Part shown: in pieces, positions 12,945 through 23,040 of the stretch | How the letters are laid out: the number at the start of each line of letters is the position of its first letter | Position numbering within the stretch: position 1 is the stretch's first letter | From: Selaginella moellendorffii | Lineage: Eukaryota; Plantae; Lycopodiophyta | Length of the DNA stretch: 64,000 bases | Assembly (NCBI RefSeq): GCF_000143415.4 | Contig: NW_003314428.1 | Location: forward strand, 145,584-209,583 | Direction: 5' to 3' | Position numbers and translations under genes: made by a program | The notes under the pieces: model-generated | What the model was told of the DNA's origin: nothing | Databases searched by the model: none | Seen by the model: only the letters and a program-made list of their open reading frames with translations

Positions 12945-13727
12945 GTTTGCGGGGCCTTATGAGATTGAGGCACAAATCGGTAATTTGGCTTACTGTCTCT
13001 GACTTCCTCAAGAGATGGGAAAGATGCACCCAGTGTTCCACGTGAACTTACTCAAGCCGTACTTTGAGGATCCGCTTCGCAAGGACTAAGTAAGACCTTT
13101 ACCTGAGGTTGTCCAAGGGGAAGAGGCATATGAAGTCGAAGCCATCCTCAATGCGCGCAAGAGCAAATAACAAGGACGCGAGGTGAGAGAGTTCCATGTG
13201 AAGTGGAAAGGATTTCCACATTGCGAAGTAACATGGGAACCGGAGGAGAACTTAGCGAACGTGCGAGATTTAGTGGAGGAATTTCTGCAAGGCAGAACTC
13301 TATATACTTATGCAAAGTTCAATTAAAGTATCAATTTGTGAAGTTGACTAATGGCATTTGTTGGGACCCGAAGGCGCTCCGAAGATAAGCTAATTAGCAT
13401 GGGTTAGCTAAGTCGACCAGGCATAGTGAACTACGCCCAACTCCCCACAGGGATGTCGAATCCGTAGACGTATTCTACGGAGGTTGGGTTCAAGTCCCAA
13501 CCCCCTAGTAAAGCAAGGTTGGGTTCAAGTCCCAACCCCATACTAGGGCGTGGTGGGGTGAGGGGTATAGGGACACCTATATTCCGTTGTCATGGGCTCT
13601 TGGCTGGGGAGGCTAACTTAAGCACACCGCTAAGGGGGGGGATGCCCCCGGAGACATGGTCAACAAGTCGTAGGATAAAAAGAGACGTTCGATGAGGGTA
13701 TCAAACTTCTTCTATGGGTGGTGGAGT

Positions 13728-14421
13728 TGTAAGGAACCAACTCCCCAAGGTGTCATAGGCTAAAGGATCCCCGAAAGCATGACTGAAATGACAAAGAATT
13801 CATTGGATGGGACCGAGTCTGAGATCAAGTCCAAGACCGACTCTGAGACCGAGTTCAAGATAGAGTCCGGGTTCGAGTCCGAGGCCGACTCGGAGACCGA
13901 GTTCGAGGCCGAGTTCGAGACCAAGTTCGAGATAGAGTCCAAGATCTGAGATCGGGTCTGAGACTGAGTCCGAAGTCGAGTCCGAAGTTGAGTCCGAGAT
14001 CGGGTCCGAGATCGAGTCAAGATCGAGTCCGAGACCAAGTCCAAAGTCGGGTTTGAGATCAAGTCCGAGATCAAGTCCAAGACCGAGTCCGAGTACTAAT
14101 ACAAGTCAAGGGGTGAAAAGCCCAAAGTGTGCGTCTCCTCGGGGGGGGGGGGGCACTGCAGGGGGTTCCAAAAATATAGTAGGGATAGTGAGGGCCAGAA
14201 ACCAGCCTTGAAGGAACTCTTAAATGGTGCTTCCAAACAGACTTGAAGTTGAATTGGGTGGGTGGGACTGAGCCTAGACTCCGGTGGTGCTGGAAGGGGC
14301 AACCAAGGAAATGCTCAAGAGCAGGTCCCAATCCCGAAAGGGAAACCGACTACGGGGGTCCCGAGTCATGTGGAGTGGTGGCCCATTTGAGTACCTTATG
14401 GCTCATTGGTCCTCGGCCTTT
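13728..14421 (+). mobile_element. 3' LTR (LTR-B) of the chromovirus, running into an assembly gap
   Basis: PPT ATGGGTGGTGGAGT directly before TGTAAGGAACC at 13728; GAGTCC/GAGACC hexamer array; homologous to ~37740-38290. Confidence 0.85.
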
Positions 14422-14786
14422 NNNNNNNNNNNNNNNNNNNNNNNNNNNNNNNNNNNNNNNNNNNNNNNNNNNNNNNNNNNNNNNNNNNNNNNNNNNNNNN
14501 NNNNNNNNNNNNNNNNNNNNNNNNNNNNNNNNNNNNNNNNNNNNNNNNNNNNNNNNNNNNNNNNNNNNNNNNNNNNNNNNNNNNNNNNNNNNNNNNNNNN
14601 NNNNNNNNNNNNNNNNNNNNNNNNNNNNNNNNNNNNNNNNNNNNNNNNNNNNNNNNNNNNNNNNNNNNNNNNNNNNNNNNNNNNNNNNNNNNNNNNNNNN
14701 NNNNNNNNNNNNNNNNNNNNNNNNNNNNNNNNNNNNNNNNNNNNNNNNNNNNNNNNNNNNNNNNNNNNNNNNNNNNNNNNNNNNNA
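14422..14786. other. Assembly gap (N run)
   Basis: Run of N. Confidence 1.
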
Positions 14787-14869
14787 GTTTTGAAGTTTGT
14801 CATGAGGCGAGGCTATCAAGATTGGGAAAGTAGTTCCTGAGTGTTCAAAGATATGGCTTTGAACAAAAA

Positions 14870-15055
14870 ATATCCAAATATTCTATCCATCATAGTGCTA
14901 AACATTGCTGGATCATTGCATAACCTGAACGGCATGATAAGGAACTCATAAGATCCATACCAAGTCTTAAAGGCTGTCTTCTCCACATCCTGATCTGCCA
15001 CCCGTATCTGATGATACCCGGACTGCAAATCAAGTTGCGTACAAAATTTAGCCTT
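14870..15055 (-). pseudogene. Ty3/gypsy reverse transcriptase fragment
   Basis: LDLQSGYHQIRV...KTAFKTWYGSYEFLIMPFRLCNDPA. Confidence 0.85.
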
Positions 15056-15989
15056 AAGCTCTATTTCGTTAAAGTGGGATTTATTCAGTAAAATGGGACT
15101 AGGTACAAATTTTCAAGTATTTGAAAATGATGTGAAATTATATGTTTTTTGTCTAGGGGCTAGACATATCTGGGGCATAGTGACTAGCGCGGTGACTTTA
15201 TGTCCAGACTGAGTCCATCTGGTTGTATAATAAATCTCATTGTCAAGGTGAACAAACCGAATCTGAAGCTAAAGAAGAGCGATGGCATGCGTGCACACAC
15301 TATTTGTTTGTTCATTGAGCGTGTGGTGAGCTTTCCAAGATGAACGTCATTCCTATTAGCCAGACATATAACTTAATGGTGAGAACATTTAGATATTATT
15401 CAATGTTATCTTTTTCTAACGAATCTAATTGTGAAGGTGTAGCAAGAGGCATTGCTAGTCTGGAGAAGTCATTTAACTCATTTGACCCTTAGTGTATTTT
15501 CACCTTTTTCCCTTTGCACTAGTATATCTTAATACCGGTCTGAGAAATAGAATGGCATGTGCCCTCAGGCCTTTTACTAAATCATATTTGGTAATCAAGT
15601 AAATGGCATGAGGGCACACGCCATTATAAGCCTAAGCGCTAGTGGACACCTCCTTTTTGGTACTCTCAGCGGTACTATCATCCTTCTCCGGGTCAGTTGT
15701 TTTGCTTTGGATTGTTGTCTCTGATGTTACTGGGGCGTTCTCGATAGTTGTTAATGTTGCCGTTTGTTCAGAAAAATGATCACCTAGAGTATAGTACGGG
15801 GAGTTTGGAAGACTTATATATTCTACATCTTCACCTATCTCCTTCTCCGTCTCCTTTTCTGCCTCACTTACAGATTTTGTGCTTGCCATGAGAACGCTCT
15901 TCACCCTAAAATATGGAGTTTGTTGTGTTATAAAAGGAAACCAACACACACGCTGCAAGGGAATGATGGTACATAAAGCACGTAAGCCC

Positions 15990-16470
15990 ATATTGACATA
16001 CATATGAAGTGTTAAAGTGTATTGGTAAAGTGGCTTATTGGGTGCAATTGTCAGCTGGTATTTTATACTAGCTAGTTGAAAGGTGTACTATGTTGAAGTG
16101 AAAAGTCCTTGATATATATAGTTGTGGGATTAGGAGCTTGAGCAGAGTTCCTTAGGAAAGGTGAACACTAGTGTAACTTAACCTTGGGACTTAACCTTGT
16201 TTCAAGACGTAGAGTGGGAAGAGTAACAAGCTTTCTCATAGATATATTGACATACATATGAAGTGTTAAAGTGTATTGGTAAAGTGGCTTATTGGGTGCA
16301 ATTGTCAGCTGGGTCTAGTATTTTATACTAGCTAGTTGAAAGGTGTACTATGTCGAAGTGAAAAGTCCTTGGTATATATAGTTGTGGGATTAGGAGCTTG
16401 AGCAGAGTTCCTTAGGAAAGGTGAACACTAGTGTAACTTAACCTTGGGACTTAACCTTGTTTCAAGACGT
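15990..16470. repeat. Direct duplication of ~220 bp
   Basis: ATATTGACATACATATGAAG...CTTGTTTCAAGACGT at ~15990-16210 and ~16244-16470. Confidence 0.9.
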
Positions 16471-16892
16471 ATCCATACATGTCTTTGGAAAGAAGTGTAA
16501 AGTATAAGAATAAATCAACTCTTTCTTGTACAATCAATTCCAACTGCATCATTCTACTTTTTGAGCTTTTAATGAAGCTTTATGAGCTGTGATATTTCCC
16601 TACTGAAATATTTTCATTGATCCATGGGTCTTATACACCTAATAAAAAGTATCTATTCGTTTTAGAAAAAAACACAAGCATTTTGGCAGTGTGTTGTTAA
16701 GTCTGTTCTGGCAGAGACTAGACTGCAGTATAAGTAGGAACTTTCATGTCTAGGAACATATAATACAAACTTTGGATTACTGTACTGTGAAAAATAGGGG
16801 CTGTTTCAGCCAGCATGCGCCTGCCTCGGCCAGATGCACCATATGACGAATTGCGATGTTTATAGGACACAGGCGTGACTCAGTTTTGGGTT

Positions 16893-18460
16893 TCATTGAT
16901 GAATATTCTGAACATCCGCAAATGGATCGATCTCCGATGAAAAGGCAATGTAATTCACCATGCCAGAAAAGTTGTTATCAAACTTCTCCACCAACAAGCT
17001 GATTTCAGGTGGAGAGACTTTGAGGCCAGCTTTGCTACTCAATGTTTGGCTGAACTGGTGCTTGGTTACATGTCCCACAGCCTTGCTTGCATTCTTTGTC
17101 GTTGCAGCGTCTTCAAAGAAACCTCTCACGGATATCCGCTTTGCTTTACACTCTTTGCGGAGGTCAGCAAGCAAGTCCTGAACCCTCTCCTCCTTTTCGG
17201 GTCCTAAGTACACGATTCCCATCAGAAATCTTTGTGGTGCTAAGCTTGGGATTGGTGGAACCACAGGCACCTGTTGCACGAACGTATTAACAAACTCAAG
17301 AGAAAAGAAGATCTATGTCTTACAGACTGCCATGGAGTCTTTTCAAGTTCTTTGTAGGTAAAACATCTTTCAACTTCGTCACAAAAAGCTGTGTAGCAGA
17401 CGCGCAGCTCAGGGTCCTCCGGTACCCTGTAGCAGTCCATAAGTGCTTTGCAGCCTCGTTTACAAATTTTAATCTTTGCGTTATCTAGGCCAGCTGCAAA
17501 CTGAGCATCATTAATTAGCCTGAGCCTCAAGGGGTCGTAGCCCTTCATAAACTCGCGGACTCTGATCCTGTTTGTGTATACTTGAAACTTGACGTTATTT
17601 TCAGCATCACAAACACAGAAACCATCTGCTTGCACCTATACAACTCTTGCAGATAATAACTTTGGGGAATTGTTTTGCAAAGGAAGAACATCTTACCCGC
17701 CAGTGTTTCATCATTACAAGCTCGAAATCTTTACAAAACGGTATTGTAGATCCAAGGGTGGTGTAATACTCGTTGAAGTCACAGTATGTGACGGGGTCAA
17801 GAAGGCCAAATGACCGCATCAGAAAATTACAAATGGCTTGGTCTAGGGAAGTCTTCTCAGTCATTACTGACGACTGACATCTTGCGTTATAAGTTTCACA
17901 CAGCTTCGACAGGCTACACTGACCTCTTCCTTCCTAGAAAAGCAAAGGAGACTCCTAGTAAAATAAAAACATAAAGTTCAAAGGATGAATTACCAGGTCG
18001 ACTCTTTTGAACGCTTGATTGACTAGATTTTGGCGGAAGCCATTGAGCTTAAAAAACACGAAAGTAAATTATTATGAAGGCATTCATTTCTTAGCACCTA
18101 CCTTGCCTCTCATGCTAAGTAGAAACACCTTAAATTTAAATTTTCCATCCTCAACGTAATCGTTCAAGACGATGGCTAGCTCCTGCAAAAATAAGACAAC
18201 AAAACTCAAGACGCAAATGATGTTTTCGAAAATCCATACACCAGCATTGATATCAACTCCCGTTTGATTGATAAAATCGTCGAAGCGTGTTTTGGGAATG
18301 CAGCCAGCGGGGTCCATCTCCTTTTTTATTTTGGAGATAGCCTGGAAACTAGAAATGAAGACTTGTAATTGTTTATGTTACTAACCGCAAATCCCCTTGC
18401 GCCAATTCGAAGCAGCTGATCTCGGATGCATTCTAGCACAAAATAAATCGGGAGAACCAT
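16893..18460 (-). CDS. Multi-exon EF-hand protein: calcyphosin-like N-half + FAP115-like C-half
   Basis: ATG at 18460 (MVLPIYFVLECIRDQLLRIGARGFA). Calcyphosin-type blocks FLLSMRGK/LNGFRQNLVNQAFKRVD, YNA, FNEYY...DFELVMMKHW. A phase-0 intron at 17636-17696 joins to RIRVREFMKGYDPLR...FTYKELEKTP...FFEDAA...GHVTKHQF...VNYIAFSSEIDP; stop at 16893-16895. Confidence 0.7.
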
Positions 18461-19540
18461 CTCCGCGTGCTCCGAAAAGAAGGTGGTTATTTAGGTCAAA
18501 TCTATTATTATCGTTAATATTCAGTTGCTGGAATTCAAAACTATTTGAAAAAAATCACGGTGGTTCTTCACTCTATAGCTGCCGCACAACAAATCTATAT
18601 TAAGTATAGTTTGTTTAAAACATGTGTGAGATGTATATGTTCCTTTTAGTTCGTTCAGTTTATTCGTTTCGAGGAAATTGAAATCCGAAGTAAATGCACT
18701 GTCGAGAAAATATTAGTACAAGAGATTCTCTTATCTACCTCGCCTTGACGTCTTGTACACAGCTCATAAAAGCATTACCTTGCGTAAGTTCAGTCAAACT
18801 CTATCTGCTCCACTCGTGCCTAGGAGCCCTTAAAAAAAATGGAGTGAATGATCAAGAGTAGCCAAAACTACAATTGCAATTCACATCACCTAAAAGAAAG
18901 AGCACCAGCAGTTAATCCGTAATAAAACAAAAGGCAGCTCAAGTCAAAAGCTCAATAAAGAAGCACTACCATATCACGAGTGCAAGGTGGAGTCAAATTC
19001 AGATGAGGGAGTGTAAATCAAAGCTTGCTGTTGGACGGGAAACGGTGAAACAGCAAATTTTGAAAGTAGTTCTTAGCAAAGAGAAACAGGGATGCTCTGG
19101 ATCGAGAGAGGGAGATCTGCTAGGAATTCAAACAGCTGAGGATGAGTCCTTCGTTTATACCTTCATACTGGATCTTGTGCAGATATAACCAGTACACGTC
19201 CAAACAACCAGGAAAGTTGATGCTATTCAAAGAAAGTGGTGCACACAAATACCACCCATGCAAACTTGCCATTCTCCAGCTTCGCCTACGAGCTGGGGCA
19301 GAGCGAAGTTGAAGAAGATGATATTGCATATTGCATAGAGACGGACCGGTCAGGTTGTGATCTCTGGTTCAGGCTAACTTCTTGAGACATAAAAAATATT
19401 TCCAAAAAATACCCCCTCCCCTCCCAAAAAAAATAAAATTAAAAAACACCAAGGATCAACCGCCGCCTTCTTTTAAATTCCTGACGTGACGTGCTTTTTG
19501 ACGGTTCCCTTGGCCAGCTTCTAGGTTTGGAGTCGCGGCA

Positions 19541-22500
19541 ATGGGTTTTAATGACAGAGACCAACAGACTTGGAGTGTGAGGGATTCAGGAGAGTTGTGG
19601 AGAAAGCCTCGTAAGCTCTCCGAAGGCTCATCTTCATTGTTGTCTACAGATGATCTCAAAGGTTTGCATCTGATTCAATAACTCCAACATTTTACGGAGT
19701 TTTCTCAGCAGGAAAGAAAGACTGGCCTTCATCCAAACAGTTTAAATTGCCCCCTCGTTCACCCAGAACATTGAGGACCTTTCCTCAGGCAGTCAAGCCC
19801 AAATTAGAGCTTACCATTCAATGCTTATCTCCATGTCCGTTAAGTATCGACAATGAAGCGACACTGCACTCGAGTTCTGAAAAGGGTCCAAGTACTGGCG
19901 TACTATGTTCTGCTCAGACAGGGGTAAACGAACAATCCTTTTTGTTCTTTTAGTGAGCCCCTTGAATTCAGGAAGAAGAAGGGGGCACAGCGATAAACCT
20001 GATAGCAGGCGACCGATATAATGAAGATGACAGATTATTTACTGGAATGGACTTGGATAGTCAAAAAGAAATGCTGACAGATGATTCAGAAATTGACTTC
20101 TGGGATTGTCATAAGGAAGAAGCGACACGAACCTTCCCTATCGATGAGATTGATGCAGAAGAATCACTAAAGCTGGACGAAAGCAACAACAGAACCATAT
20201 GTACTTTGAATGGGGAAGTTGTAGTAATGCAAACCAATGTCGCTTACCAACATATTGACAAGGAGACATCAGTTTGTGCTTCTGCATCAAAGGACTACCT
20301 TGAAGGTCAAAAACATGTTCAGGAATATTTTGACTTACAGCTCCAGGCTTCCAGTGATCTTAATGGATTGCAGGATAATAGCACACGAAATGAGAAACTC
20401 GAAAAGCAGCCGAACTTAACCTGGGAAGGAGTAACTAGCAATTCAAAAGATGCTTCAGATGCCATCTTTTCAGTCTCAAGCAAAAGGCGATGGCCAAGAA
20501 CTTCAAAAGTACTGAAAACCTTGACTACTGGAAATAATGATGGTTCTCAAAGCAGAAAAGTGTCGAGGAAGACTGTTCTAAGGAAAACAAGAAGGTTAAA
20601 ATCCAAAAGGGAAAAAATTAAAGCTGAGAAACAGTCAAAAATAAGTGGAACACCTCATGAAAGTCGGTGTCCAGAGACAATGCCAACGCCTGATTTAAAG
20701 CTTGTTGAAGGTCATGGCATAAAGGATAGCTGTACAAAATCCACCTCGCTCTCTGCTGAAAAGGTTTGCAGCATCCTTTCATTTCTTAAGCAGGTCGACA
20801 GCAATAATAATATCACGAAGATGTCTGAAAGAAGTTCACCAAGAACTGTACTAGACCAGGATGATGCCTTTGTTGCCGAATCATGCGTTTCTATTCCTCT
20901 GGAGTCTGCATCCGCCGTTAGTTCAGCCGAAATGGCTTTTGTGGGGATCAAGAACAAGATTAACGAGTTAAAGGAAAAAAATTTAAAACAGAAAAATCAA
21001 ATTATGCAACTCGAAGCTGAGAATGAAACTATACAGATACTAAAAAACAAAGATATTGCAAAGTAAGTAACAGGAGCTTTCAGTGTCTTATCACCAAATA
21101 TGGCCTTCTGCTAGTGAGAAAGAGAAGTACGCCAAGGAATCACATGAACAAGCACAACAGTATAAGGCGGCACTAAAAAAACACTTGTCTATCAATGAAA
21201 AGCTCTTAAAGGACAAAGAGGTGCTCTCTGAAAGATGTTGTAGCCTAGCAATGGCTGAGGCAAAGGTATCAACAAAAAAATAATGAGATTATGGTTTACT
21301 GCGAACACTTCGATACAGTATGAAGAAAAACTGAGAGCTGCCAAAGAAGAATGGGCAATCACCCTAAAAAAGGTCAAGGACATTTTATGAAAAAGGCAAT
21401 AAAAAGTATTTGAATTACAGCAAAAAGAAACGTGGAATGCTAGTGAAAAGGCAAGACGAGAATGTTGGATAGCCAAAAAAACAAAAGAAATTAAAGAAAT
21501 GACTATTGTTGGGCTCGAGCCACATATTGAGTCCATCCATGAGGTACTCTTCTCATCTTAGTCCGATATTATACTGAGAAGTGTGGGCAGAAACATACGA
21601 AAGAAATAGAAGCTTTAGAGGTACACTGCAGTGAAGAGCTAAAGAAGAAACTACATGAACAGCATGCAAACAAATGTGAAGAACTTTGCAAGTTGCGTGA
21701 ACAAATGTTGAAGGTAGATTGAGAGCATCTGGGGGTATTCAATAGTGAGCAACATTCTAACAGGAAAGGGATGAGGTCTTGGACAAGGAGAGGCTTGCCA
21801 CACATCTGAGAATGAACGAGATGGCGGAAAAGTAGGACACTCTTTAAGGCCGACTTGTGATGACACTTCCCCTGTCATCAGATATGAGCAGCAGGCATTA
21901 GATCAAAGGATGCGAATAGCAAACGATCTTGCTCAGCAACTTGAACGTTCAGAAGCTAGTCGCAGGGAGGATAAGCAGTATACACAAGAACTCCTTGCTA
22001 GGTGCAATAAAGAATATGCTCAAAGGTGACGCTGTGCAAGTCAAATCTAGATTACGATATCTTCAATTTTAGAGAGGAAGCTATTCGAAAACAATACGAG
22101 AAACTGCTTAATGAGTGTCAGAGTGCATCCCAAGCAAAAAATCAAGCAATGAAGCATTCCTTTGAGATGGAACAATCAGAATGGAACATCTCACTGAATG
22201 AGCGTATCATGAGGGAAGTGAGAAAAAGAGAACCAGAAATTGAGGCCAGGTATATCGATCTAACACCTGGAACAAAATTTTTTGACAAATTTCTGCGGTT
22301 TAGGTGTATACAGGAGCGTAATAGAGAAATAGATCTTATAATTGATCGCATGGAAAAGGAAAGGAACGAACTTGTTGCTGAGCATCGGAGTGAACAAGCA
22401 AACAGAGTACAAGAACTTCTACAGGAAAATAATGTTTTGCTAAATCAGCTCAAAGAGAAAGAAGAAAATTACATGGATCTTTGCAAAACCGCCCTTGAGG

Positions 22501-23040
22501 AAAGTTTGCATTTTCAAGACATTAAGTTTGTATAAAAATTTAACTGCAGGGAAAGGCACAGTCAAATGCAGAACGGTCAGAAATGAATAAAAGAATGGAA
22601 AAGTTCAAGGACCAACTAAGAAGTCAAGGTTGTGTCATTGAACAGCTTACAAAACAAGTATTTTTTTTCTTTTCAATATTTCTTGAGTTTTAAGTTGCTG
22701 TTTTTTCAGATTGGTTTTGAAAAGCAAGAGTCAGATAAACTCAAGAAAAACTTAGAAGCGTGCATGAAAAGACACGAGCAGGAAATAGAGAATGCGAGAA
22801 TTGAGCTTCAGCAGTCTCGTTGTGAAATGGAGAAGCTTAAAATTCGAAAGGTTTCATTTTTCAAGGCATATGGAATCTCACAATTGATTTCAGGTGGAAG
22901 AACTAGAAGAACTGGAAAATAAGGTCAAGCTGGCAATCGAAAAGAAGAATGAAGTTATTCTTGGTTTGCACAGCGAGTTAAAGTCTGCTCACCAACACAT
23001 TCGACACACGGAACAACTCCTAGAACAAAATGCTAGCTAA
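19541..23040 (+). CDS. CEP131: Centrosomal protein of 131 kDa (AZI1), multi-exon; start codon tentative
   Basis: Spliced blocks KHLSINEKLLKDKEVLSERC, QKETWNASEKARRECWIAKKTKEIKEMTIVGLEP, ERNREIDLIIDRME and C-terminal KVKLAIEKKNEVI...HTEQLLEQ match CEP131 as recalled. Many ~50-nt introns; TAA at 23038-23040. Confidence 0.85.

Larger units (their letters stand above)
11541..13325 (+). pseudogene. Galadriel-like chromovirus (Ty3/gypsy) pol remnant: RNase H end, integrase with two introns, chromodomain
   Basis: VYTDNVATKHF...YKPGKSNIMADVLS; HHCC CHDGPLAGH...CPTCQ; core MDFITG...VVVDQFSKMAHFIP, ISDRD; GPY...HPVFHVNLLKPY; chromodomain YEVEAIL...FHVKWKGFP...TWEPEENL. Stops are mostly CGA>TGA / CAA>TAA type. 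Confidence 0.9.

Noticed and set aside
13482-13537. tRNA genes
   Set aside because: Only T-arm-like hairpins; no D arm, anticodon arm or acceptor stem.
14243-14840. ORFs spanning N runs (also 58543-58996)
   Set aside because: Artefacts of assembly gaps.
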